Source: Candidatus Heimdallarchaeota archaeon (GTDB lineage Archaea; Asgardarchaeota; Heimdallarchaeia; Heimdallarchaeales; Kariarchaeaceae). From it: a stretch of 32,000 bases of DNA. Within the stretch, counting starts at the first letter, position 1; every line of letters starts with the position of its first letter. The notes beneath the pieces are model-generated. The model was not told where the DNA came from and did not search any database. It saw nothing but the letters and a program-made list of their open reading frames with translations. Made by a program: the position numbers and the translations under genes. This document shows positions 9,090 to 17,460 of the stretch, piece by piece. The DNA lies in the NCBI GenBank assembly GCA_030149205.1, contig JASBSB010000003.1:150001-182000 (forward strand), in the 5' to 3' direction.

Positions 9090-10226
9090 TTATCCTTTGA
9101 TTACTTCCCTTGCAATAACCATTCTCATAACTTCAGAGGTCCCTTCATATATCTCTGTTATTCTAGCATCTCTGTAATACCTCTCAACTTCAAAATCCTT
9201 TAAGAACCCACCGCCACCATGAATTTGGATTGCTTGGTGTGTAACTTTTGTGGATATTTCAGATGCAAAGAGTTTTGCGATGGCTGCTTCTTTAATAAAG
9301 GGTTTTCCCATATCCGCAAGCTTTGCGGCTTCTTGGTACAGGAGACGTGCTGCATGTATTTGTGTTGCCATATCAGCCAATTTGAATTGTATTGCTTGGA
9401 AATAAGACAATGGTTTACCAAATTGAATTCTCTCTTGAGCATACTTTATTGAGTCTTCAAAGGCTGCTTGAGCAATTCCAACAGCTTGAGCTGCAACTGC
9501 AATTCTACCCTTGTCGAGTATAGATAATGCCATTCTCAAACCATCACCTTCTTTAGCTAGCAAATATTCTGAAGGAATCCTAACATTTTCAAAAGACATA
9601 GCACTGGTTACACTGGCCTTTATTCCTAATTTTTTTTCAGGAGGCATTACTGTTATCCCCGGAGTATCTGCAGGAACAATAAATGCTGAGATTCCTTTGC
9701 TCCCCAATTCTGGGTTAGATTTCGCAAAAACGATGAAAACTGTTGCTTCTTTCGCATTTGTGATATAAAACTTAGAGCCATTAATTACCCATTCATCCCC
9801 ATCTCTTACAGCTCGTGTTGATAAGGCACCGGGGTCTGATCCTGCATGAGGTTCTGAGAGACAGAATGCCCCTAACCCTTTTTCTTTGGTGAACCTTGGT
9901 AAAAATTTAGCCTTTTGTTCTTCAGTTCCATATTTCAGTATTGGTCCAATCCCCAAGGAGTTATTCCCGGCAAAAATTGTTGCTGTGGATGCACAACCTC
10001 TTGCGATTTCCTCACAAACTGTTGCATAAGTCAGGGTATCTGCCCCAATTCCCCCATACTTCTCTGGTATTGTCATATAAAGAAACTCTGATTCCCTTAA
10101 TGCTTGGATTGAATCTTCTGGAAAACGTTCTTCATCATCATACACACGTGCTAAGGGTTTAATTTTGTCAGTGACAATATCCCGGATCGTGTTTTTAATC
10201 ATCATTAGATCTTCATCAATTATCAT
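9090..10226 (-). CDS. Acyl-CoA dehydrogenase (short-chain/butyryl-CoA type)
   Basis: Motifs FCLSEPHAGSD, INGSKFYITNA, GRIAVAAQAVG, RIQFGK, QIHGGGG and catalytic IYEGTSE. Confidence 0.93.
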   Translation of the reverse strand: MIIDEDLMMIKNTIRDIVTDKIKPLARVYDDEERFPEDSIQALRESEFLYMTIPEKYGGIGADTLTYATVCEEIARGCASTATIFAGNNSLGIGPILKYGTEEQKAKFLPRFTKEKGLGAFCLSEPHAGSDPGALSTRAVRDGDEWVINGSKFYITNAKEATVFIVFAKSNPELGSKGISAFIVPADTPGITVMPPEKKLGIKASVTSAMSFENVRIPSEYLLAKEGDGLRMALSILDKGRIAVAAQAVGIAQAAFEDSIKYAQERIQFGKPLSYFQAIQFKLADMATQIHAARLLYQEAAKLADMGKPFIKEAAIAKLFASEISTKVTHQAIQIHGGGGFLKDFEVERYYRDARITEIYEGTSEVMRMVIAREVIKG

Positions 10227-10356
10227 GAGGTCTACACATAATTGTGTTTTGTAAATTTATAGGTTAACTCATAAAACCATGATGATTATTTTGAGATTCG
10301 TGAGTAACATCAGAATATTACCTGCCCTTAACTTAAAATAAAATACAAAATAATCA

Positions 10357-10728
10357 ATGGAACTTTATCCTCAAAATTCTGAAACACAGACACACTTTAT
10401 TAAGGATTGGTTAAATTATTTTAATTTGGAGTATGAATCAGACTTCAGCTACCAGGGTGTGCTCATAGACTACTTTCTATCTGGAATTAAACTTGCAATT
10501 ATTGATCCAAAATGGAAAAGACCGCTTACAGTAGCATATTTGCATAAATTAATTGAGGTTATAGAAACCCTCAAATTGACAAAGGTTTTTGTACTCTCTG
10601 AAAACCTTAGTGCAACACTAGAGGATACAATTGAGAGATATAAATTCCCGATCGAATTCATCAGTCCAACTAGTTTGTCTTCAGTTGCAATTTACCTCGG
10701 CAACCATATTAAGATCTCAAGATTTTGA
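10357..10728 (+). CDS. Small PD-(D/E)XK / Mrr-like restriction-endonuclease-fold protein
   Basis: LIDYF...AIIDPKWKRPLTV followed by a helix and the strand KVFVLS resembles the D...(D/E)xK core. Inference from pattern only. Confidence 0.5.
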   Translation: MELYPQNSETQTHFIKDWLNYFNLEYESDFSYQGVLIDYFLSGIKLAIIDPKWKRPLTVAYLHKLIEVIETLKLTKVFVLSENLSATLEDTIERYKFPIEFISPTSLSSVAIYLGNHIKISRF

Positions 10729-10905
10729 GATATTACCGAATCCATCACAGTTCTTTCCGATTTCATCATCTCTTCGTAAACATTTCCCAGATTTTGTGAT
10801 CCATCCTTTACATAAACCACCAGTTTCAGGGGTTCCATCATACAGATCACACTCTGACTTAAATTCTTTCTTTTCAGAGTTTACATTAGGTAAAGGTATA
10901 CTCAT
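10717..10905 (-). CDS. Small Cys-rich protein (62 aa, C-x12-C-x9-C-x10-C)
   Basis: ATG at 10905-10903. The ORF fills the gap downstream of the coiled-coil gene on the same strand and overlaps the convergent neighbour by 12 nt. Confidence 0.5.
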   Translation of the reverse strand: MSIPLPNVNSEKKEFKSECDLYDGTPETGGLCKGWITKSGKCLRRDDEIGKNCDGFGNISKS

Positions 10906-10976
10906 CAATATTAATTTACTTTATTCCTAAAAAACCTTTACGGACTCACAAAGGTATTTAGAATAAATTCAGATAC

Positions 10977-12242
10977 TTATTTGATTAGAGTTCTTCTTCT
11001 TAGTTGTGCAATTTCAGATTGTAAATTTATTTTATCAAGGATATTTTCACGCTTGACTTTTTCCAAATCTTCCTTTAATTGCTTAATTTCTTGTTCCCTA
11101 AAGGCTAAAGCCTCAATAAAGTCATAATTCAATTGATTTAATCCCCAAAGACCAATGTTTTTTAAAACTTCACTTTGGGATTTGCTTGCCTTTTCGAAAA
11201 ACATTCTCAAATCATGGTCATTTACATCAGAGCTTTTCTCCTTTACAATATAATTTGAGAAGAACTCAATCGGGCTGTTATCAGTACCATCACCCATTAA
11301 TGATGCTATAGTATCTGGTTTTAGTTCTTTTTCAGCTGACTGATTCTGGGACATCATCTGTTCCAGTTTATCAATTGATTCAAGTTCTTCGGTGTCCGAA
11401 ACTGAATTTGAAATATCATCTTGAACCTCTTGTAAAGTTTTAAGCTGAGCTTTGATCTTTTGAGCTTCCTCAAACCTAAGATGTCCTTTGTTAAAATCAG
11501 GAACATTTTTTCTAAGAGATTTTGGTCTCTTTGGTTTAAGTTCTAGGAGATTTTCAAGATAGTTTGTTTTTTCGTTAAGTTCTGCATTCTCTGACTTCAG
11601 TTCCTCTATTTTTAAAGTTAAATCATTAATTATGTCGTTTTTGTCATCAAGTTGTTTTTGGAGCTCCATTTCATTAAAATCTTGTTTTTCGAAGTCTGAT
11701 TTTTGGGTTAATAACTCCTTTAACTGGTTTTTTTGATTTACTCTTATTTTTTCTTGAGTTTCAAGCTTGTCTTCAAGGGTGTGTACCTGATTAATAACTT
11801 GCTTTAATTTAACCGAATATTCTTTATTTTCTTCTTTCAATTCCTGATTAACCGCAGATAGATCTCTGTTTTCTTCAATGATCTTAGCCATCTGAGACTC
11901 AGTAGCTGTCAGTTTATCCTCGAGTTCTCCTTCTAATTGAACCAATAGCTTGTTTAAATTTTCCTTTTTTGAATCATTTTCATTTTTTAGTTCCTGGATA
12001 GAATAATGTAATTCGTCTATGAGTTCTTCTAATTCTATAATTTTTGCTGAGGTTGTTTTTAGCTCTGAGATAAAACTGTTAATAATATCCCTTGTTAGAG
12101 GATGGTAATCCCCCCAAAATCGTCTGATGAAAGCATCAAATTTTCGATGGGATTCACTAAATTTGAAGATATCATACTCTATGATGTCAGAGCCAAATTC
12201 AGGGACATAGTTTTTTATACTATTTCCAGTTGAATCCTTCAT
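10977..12242 (-). CDS. Long coiled-coil protein of unknown function
   Basis: 421 aa, E/K/L/Q/N-rich heptad pattern from about aa 60 to 235 and again at the C-terminus. No ATPase motifs. Confidence 0.75.
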   Translation of the reverse strand: MKDSTGNSIKNYVPEFGSDIIEYDIFKFSESHRKFDAFIRRFWGDYHPLTRDIINSFISELKTTSAKIIELEELIDELHYSIQELKNENDSKKENLNKLLVQLEGELEDKLTATESQMAKIIEENRDLSAVNQELKEENKEYSVKLKQVINQVHTLEDKLETQEKIRVNQKNQLKELLTQKSDFEKQDFNEMELQKQLDDKNDIINDLTLKIEELKSENAELNEKTNYLENLLELKPKRPKSLRKNVPDFNKGHLRFEEAQKIKAQLKTLQEVQDDISNSVSDTEELESIDKLEQMMSQNQSAEKELKPDTIASLMGDGTDNSPIEFFSNYIVKEKSSDVNDHDLRMFFEKASKSQSEVLKNIGLWGLNQLNYDFIEALAFREQEIKQLKEDLEKVKRENILDKINLQSEIAQLRRRTLIK

Positions 12243-12345
12243 TAAATAATATACATTAAGCCCTTTGATTTAAGATTTGTCATATATTTGACTGATAGAT
12301 TTCCTCCAGAATGGTTACTTTGAACAGATTTTATCGATCACGGAC

Positions 12346-12354
12346 TTATAAATA
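12346..12354 (+). promoter_or_regulatory. Candidate archaeal TATA box for cgi121
   Basis: TTATAAATA ending about 32 nt before the GTG at 12387. Confidence 0.35.
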
Positions 12355-12386
12355 AGTATTAAGAGTGTTTTCTTAACATTAGTTAT

Positions 12387-12830
12387 GTGGAAGAATTGTA
12401 TCTAGGTTATAGAGATGTATCTAGCAAAGAGATCATGAAATTTAAAGAACAGATTTTAAGCGATGAAAAATTCCTTACAATTATAGACACAAAGAATATA
12501 ATTTGTAAAGAGCAAATTTTGCATGCAATTCATCAAACATCATTTAATTTTGAACAGAATCTAAACAGTTCAAAAGAATGGGGCATAGAGTTTATTTTAA
12601 ATTTGTCTGCTTCAAGTAGAATAGAGGAGGCTCTTAACTTATTTGATGTTAATGAGTCTACCATTCAAGCTTTTTTAATTTCCACTTCAGAATTACCTGA
12701 CAATGTTATTTCAGGCTTCCCTGAATTTACACCTGAACATGACACTTTGAAAAAATATGGAGTAAATGACCAAAACTTAGATCTATGTTTAGATGTTATT
12801 TCCCAAATTACATATTCGAAAATCAAATAA
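12387..12830 (+). CDS. cgi121: KEOPS complex subunit Cgi121
   Basis: 147 aa. The segment IICKEQILHAI...EWGIEFILNLSASSRIEEALNLF matches the Cgi121 pattern (E.LL..S..RQI..A...G). Confidence 0.7.
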   Translation: MEELYLGYRDVSSKEIMKFKEQILSDEKFLTIIDTKNIICKEQILHAIHQTSFNFEQNLNSSKEWGIEFILNLSASSRIEEALNLFDVNESTIQAFLISTSELPDNVISGFPEFTPEHDTLKKYGVNDQNLDLCLDVISQITYSKIK

Positions 12831-12840
12831 TTAAACGGGT

Positions 12841-15213
12841 TTAGTTTGCGCTAACTAAGTAACTAAATCCTTTACGATTTTCCCACCAAATTCCAAATTT
12901 TGTGAATATTGAAATCTCTTCCTTTGGAATTAGTTCGATGATATTTGAGTAAAATATTGCATAATCAATTCTCTTCAGGTCGTATTCGTTTATACCAGAT
13001 TGTTCTTTTACACGTATTTTTTGTTGTTCAGAGTCAACTGATTCAAGTGTACCATTGATTTGGATATCATAATTATCCTTCGAGTACAATCCTACTTTAC
13101 TAGAAACAAAATATCGGAATAATTCAATTTCTTCTTCGCTTTTATCTTTTCTGAGCTCAATACCTATAGGAGAAAATCCTACAATAAATTTTGAACCCTC
13201 TCTGATTTGATCATCAATGTTTAACTTAATCTTATCCCAATCTGCTACTTCTGAATCAATGTTAAACTTTGATAAGACTGATTTTCCCTTGGTGTAAAGT
13301 ATTGTAGTCTTGTTATTAAATTCATCAAGATACTTTAATGGTATACCTATATCTTGAAACTTGAGGCTACTACCATCCTTTAACTTAACTAACAATCCTT
13401 TCTTTTTATCAAATTCATAGGAGGTGGGTACAACGATCACACCTTTCTTAGTATAATGGGGTTCATTCCACTCTATCCATTTTATCAGATAATTTGCAGA
13501 AAGCGCTGATTTTCCATCCACAGTTAAAGAAATTGGAGAGTAAACTTGATAGGATCGTTCAATAGTTTCAAGTTTTCCCTCAATTATCTCAGAATTAATT
13601 GGGTCGAATAAAACCAAATTCTTGTTGAGATAATTTTTATACATCTCTTCCCAGGGCATTATTTCATATACTTTTTCTAGGTCTTCCTTTGTGAAATCTG
13701 CGAAATAAGTTTGATTTATTATTTCTGCAACTCTTTCACGGTTGCTTTGAAGTAATTTTATTCGATTCTTTCGTTTGTACAAGCCTATAATATTATATGG
13801 AAGAAAAGCTGCTTTTAATGGAGGAAGCTTATCAGTGATTAACGCACTAATCCTATAACTTGTTCTTGGGTGAGATACGAATATATTAGAAAAGGCTTGT
13901 CCTCGAGTTGGTGAGATAATTTCTTTATAAATTCTTACTGAGGCTTCTGCAGAGAATCTCACTTTTTCTTCTCTGGTTTGGGTTTTGTCTGTAAGTAAGT
14001 TAACTGATACACCGAAATCAGCGGCTACACCCTGGTAAAACCCTTCTAACCTTATCAATGCCTCACTTAACTCTTCACCATATCCAGCATCTTTGGTAAC
14101 TTTATCAGCATGGCCTTCAAGAGCTCTAACAAACACGTAAAGGAAAATAACTAGAACATAACTAAATATAAGATAAGGCACAAAGTCTATGTTGAATTTT
14201 CCGCTTGAACTAAAGATATAATCATAAGTTGTAGCTGGAATTAAAAGTGCCTTCTTAATAGCGAGTTCAAAGATTGAAAGTAGCAACAATATGAAAACAT
14301 GATGCTTAGATGCATGCGCAAGTTCGTGTCCCACAATCCCTTTGATATCTGAATCAGTGAAACTATTAAGGTCGTTACTTATAAAAGCAATTCTTTTGTC
14401 GAAGAAAGGTCCGTATGCAAAGGCATTGAGAATAGGAGCTCGTACAAAACCTACTTTCACATCTTCCTTAATCCCAAGTTTATGAGCAACGGTTTGTACC
14501 TTTGCAATAATTTCTGGGTCAGTTACAGATTTCACACCATATAAGACATCTAGCAACCAACCAGATATGAAATACATAAAAATCATCACTAGAGCAAGGA
14601 TCTCATAGATTCCAAAACTAAGGAATATAACTCTGTTATTCAAGGGACTATTTCCCATGAAGTGAATGATAGTATCTTTGAAAAAATAAGCAAATACTAC
14701 ATAAACTAACCCGAACAGTAACAGATACACAATTTGAGGAGATGAGAATCTAGAAACTAGAATAAATTTCTTTCCAAAAAAGATATATGCGAATATTATG
14801 AACACTATAAAACTAAAGGTAAATGAGGCAGAAAAGAACTGTTCATTTTTTGGTGTTCCATTGAGAAAGTTGTAGACCATCTGTACTATCTTTCCGATTA
14901 GAACAACAACATACGAAATTGTTGCAGATAACATAAGTTTGTTCCAAACAGGGACATCTCTTAATTCATATGTCTGCCACACCATCAACACTGTTAAACC
15001 CATAAAAAAGCCAAAGGCCACATCATTGAAGGCAAACGTCAACGCAGATCCTATGAATATTGAACTCCAGAGCACTAAATATTCAATGGATGAATTATGC
15101 TTTAGATAAACCCGTAATTCAGAGAATATTAGTACTAGAGCAAAAAGAGCAATAATCAAAGAGATTCCCCTTAAACCATTTGCAGATAGCCATGCAATAG
15201 TTTCATTAATCAT
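12841..15213 (-). CDS. M48 family (HtpX/Ste24-like) membrane zinc protease with long C-terminal extension
   Basis: Multiple N-terminal hydrophobic helices, ILNAFAYG, HExxH as HELAH (14328-14314), third ligand LEGHAD, and HPRTSYRI. Confidence 0.85.
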   Translation of the reverse strand: MINETIAWLSANGLRGISLIIALFALVLIFSELRVYLKHNSSIEYLVLWSSIFIGSALTFAFNDVAFGFFMGLTVLMVWQTYELRDVPVWNKLMLSATISYVVVLIGKIVQMVYNFLNGTPKNEQFFSASFTFSFIVFIIFAYIFFGKKFILVSRFSSPQIVYLLLFGLVYVVFAYFFKDTIIHFMGNSPLNNRVIFLSFGIYEILALVMIFMYFISGWLLDVLYGVKSVTDPEIIAKVQTVAHKLGIKEDVKVGFVRAPILNAFAYGPFFDKRIAFISNDLNSFTDSDIKGIVGHELAHASKHHVFILLLLSIFELAIKKALLIPATTYDYIFSSSGKFNIDFVPYLIFSYVLVIFLYVFVRALEGHADKVTKDAGYGEELSEALIRLEGFYQGVAADFGVSVNLLTDKTQTREEKVRFSAEASVRIYKEIISPTRGQAFSNIFVSHPRTSYRISALITDKLPPLKAAFLPYNIIGLYKRKNRIKLLQSNRERVAEIINQTYFADFTKEDLEKVYEIMPWEEMYKNYLNKNLVLFDPINSEIIEGKLETIERSYQVYSPISLTVDGKSALSANYLIKWIEWNEPHYTKKGVIVVPTSYEFDKKKGLLVKLKDGSSLKFQDIGIPLKYLDEFNNKTTILYTKGKSVLSKFNIDSEVADWDKIKLNIDDQIREGSKFIVGFSPIGIELRKDKSEEEIELFRYFVSSKVGLYSKDNYDIQINGTLESVDSEQQKIRVKEQSGINEYDLKRIDYAIFYSNIIELIPKEEISIFTKFGIWWENRKGFSYLVSAN

Positions 15214-15357
15214 ATTCTTAAAATCACAACTTAGTTTAAAGAAGTACCTATATCATAACATATATTTTTACAGCTCTATGTAGTTTCTATAATCCCTGAA
15301 GTAATATTCAAAATCATAATTTAGCATTATCAAAATGACAAATTTAAAGGGGAGTGT

Positions 15358-15420
15358 CTGACAAAGTCTGTCAGGTTTACGACCATAATTTATAAATACG
15401 TAAAAAACGGTCAAAACCTG
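15358..15420. promoter_or_regulatory. TATA-like box (TTTATAAA, 15389-15396) flanked by an imperfect inverted repeat, plus an adjacent small palindrome
   Basis: CAGGTTT-AC-GACC (15372-15384) and GGTC-A-AAACCTG (15409-15420); CTGACA-N5-TGTCAG (15358-15374). Lies in the divergent intergenic region between the protease and the GcvH-like gene. Confidence 0.5.
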
Positions 15421-15444
15421 TATCAAATTAAAGATGTGATGTGA

Positions 15445-15966
15445 ATGATAACAATTGGAAACATAAAAATTGACCCATCATACCTCTATTATAATGAGTA
15501 CGTTTGGTTATCTGTTGAAGATGAAAATGAGGTCCTCATAGGATTGACAGATTTTGGACAGCAACAATTAAAGGATATAATTAATATCGATGTTGCCTCC
15601 ACATCACAACGGATTGCCACAGGAAAACCATTAGCCACAATTGAATCTATATCCAGAGAATACGTCCTAAAATCTCCAGTTTCATGTGTAGTTCTTGAAG
15701 TAAACGAAGATGTTGTGGAGAACCCCGAATTGCTTAATGAAAAACCCTTTTCAAGCTGGTTAGTCAGAGTTGAAGCCTATGATCCTGATGAGTTGGATAA
15801 GCTTATGGATAGTGACTTAATGGCAGACCAGATCGCTGACCTTGTAGAAATAACCGAAGAAAAGGATGATCTAGATGACGATTTTGAATTTGAAAATGAA
15901 ATGGACTCTGAAGATGAATACTATGACGAATATGAAGAATTCGAAGAATTTGATGATGAATTTTAA
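15445..15966 (+). CDS. Glycine cleavage H-protein-like protein lacking the lipoyl-lysine, with acidic tail
   Basis: Motifs VLIGLTDFGQQQLKDI, IES, SPVS.VVLEVNE and NPELLNE.P..SWL are GcvH-like, but ESVK reads ESIS. Confidence 0.85.
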   Translation: MITIGNIKIDPSYLYYNEYVWLSVEDENEVLIGLTDFGQQQLKDIINIDVASTSQRIATGKPLATIESISREYVLKSPVSCVVLEVNEDVVENPELLNEKPFSSWLVRVEAYDPDELDKLMDSDLMADQIADLVEITEEKDDLDDDFEFENEMDSEDEYYDEYEEFEEFDDEF

Positions 15967-17252
15967 ACCTTGAATTTTGACAAAACTTCTTCTGATTTTT
16001 CTATAGCTAATCCTACATCGAATGTGTCAAAGATCTCTCTCAATTTTTTTTCGGTAACTAAATCTTTTATCTGTGAGTCATTGAGGACATCTTGCTTAAA
16101 ATTCTTCGAACCCACATATTTTCGAAGTAACTCATGCCCAGTCTGTCTCCCAACTTTTGGAACTAGTTCTCTTAGAATTTGTTCAGAATGTCCCACTGCT
16201 GCTTTTTCTAAATTCTTCTTTAAATTTTCATCATTGATTTCCAGACCATCTAGGATTGCATTAATTTGCAAAATCATGTAATGAGATACAATTACACTCT
16301 CTGGTATAACCAATCTTTCTGGTGCAGAGTTTGAAATTTCTCGTTCATGCTCTAAAGCGATGTTTTCTAATCCCACAGATACATTTGACCTAACAACCCT
16401 TGCTAAACCGTTTAATCGCTCAGTTTTATGAGGGTTTCTTTTGTGAGGCATAGCAGAGCTTCCCACCTGTTTGGAGCTCCGAGGTTCAAACCATTCTTGT
16501 ATTTCACTTCTCTGGAGATGCCTTATTTCCTTGGACAATCTTTCAATGACTGAAGCTACCTGAGCAAGGTGGTACAGAAAACTCGAATGCACCAACCGAG
16601 TTACAACCTGTGTAGATATGGGAACTGGGGACAATCCTAGCTTTTGTAGAACCAAAGCCTCCAATTCCCTACTATGTGATGACGCATAATTTCCGACTGC
16701 ACCAGAAAATTTACTAATTGCAACATCACACTTTAATAACTCCTGATAACTTCGATAAAACTCATAATAGTAGTTTGAGAACTTGAAACCGACTGTTGTA
16801 GGAACGGCAAATTGCCCATGGGTTCTTCCAATTGTAGGAACAGATTTGTATTTCTGAATTTTTTCACGTAAAAGACCTAAGGTTTTCTTTAATTCCTCAA
16901 GAATAATTGTTTTAGCATCTCTCATTTGTTGAGCTAACACAGTATCCTGAATATCCATAGACGTAGCTGTATAATGTATCCATTCTCCCGCATCACCACA
17001 CTGTTCTGCTAATGCTCTAACTACTGCCATTAGATCGTGGTTAATCTCTTTATCGATTTCTTCCACTCTGCTCAGTTTAACTTTAGGTATTTTTTCTGAA
17101 ACGATGGTACTAATTCCATTGGGAATCTTCCCTAATTCTTCAAGAGCTTCAGTAAGCTTCAGTTCTGTTTGTAATTGAAGTGCAAGCTTGTTTTCTGCTG
17201 AGAATAGATCAGCAATTGGTGTACGGTATCTTGTATACCCCTCAGACCACAT
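15963..17252 (-). CDS. purB: Adenylosuccinate lyase
   Basis: Motifs NHDLMAVV, HYTATSMDIQDT, GRTHGQFAVPTT, KFSGAVGN, signature GSSAMPHKRNP and LEHEREISNS. Confidence 0.95.
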   Translation of the reverse strand: MWSEGYTRYRTPIADLFSAENKLALQLQTELKLTEALEELGKIPNGISTIVSEKIPKVKLSRVEEIDKEINHDLMAVVRALAEQCGDAGEWIHYTATSMDIQDTVLAQQMRDAKTIILEELKKTLGLLREKIQKYKSVPTIGRTHGQFAVPTTVGFKFSNYYYEFYRSYQELLKCDVAISKFSGAVGNYASSHSRELEALVLQKLGLSPVPISTQVVTRLVHSSFLYHLAQVASVIERLSKEIRHLQRSEIQEWFEPRSSKQVGSSAMPHKRNPHKTERLNGLARVVRSNVSVGLENIALEHEREISNSAPERLVIPESVIVSHYMILQINAILDGLEINDENLKKNLEKAAVGHSEQILRELVPKVGRQTGHELLRKYVGSKNFKQDVLNDSQIKDLVTEKKLREIFDTFDVGLAIEKSEEVLSKFKV

Positions 17253-17282
17253 ACAGTTTCATTAGAATATGATTATTTGTAG

Positions 17283-17425
17283 ATTGTCTAGTGGTCATGA
17301 TTTTTCAAATCAAAATCTAGACAATTGATATGAAAGATATAACGGCTGCTAGGAAACTCTAGTTCATAGCTATCGCTCGGAGAGAACCATGACATTTAGC
17401 AGCCGATCCACCATTAAAATGGAGA
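17283..17425. other. Cluster of hairpins in the intergenic region upstream of purB (candidate structured RNA)
   Basis: ATTGTCTAG (17283-17291) pairs with CTAGACAAT (17317-17325), with inner TGATTT/AAATCA. CGGCTGCTA (17343-17351) pairs with TAGCAGCCG (17397-17405). A small CCAT-TAAA-ATGG hairpin lies near 17411-17422. Confidence 0.55.
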
Positions 17426-17460
17426 TTTAAGGAATTTTTGTAATCAACCATGAGAAAGTG

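Noticed and set aside
9090-10226. Acyl-CoA dehydrogenase as glutaryl-CoA dehydrogenase of a lysine pathway, or as part of the PKS cluster
   Set aside because: The motifs fit generic short-chain ACADs. It is about 14 kb from the PKS, with unrelated genes in between.
17242-17262. Six-codon ORF (MKLYVV) overlapping the purB start out of frame
   Set aside because: Such short ORFs arise by chance, and there is no supporting signal.
17283-17425. tRNA, SECIS, C/D box or H/ACA RNA identity for the hairpins
   Set aside because: No cloverleaf, no C/D boxes, no properly placed ACA, and no in-frame TGA selenoprotein candidate nearby. Kept only as an unassigned structure.
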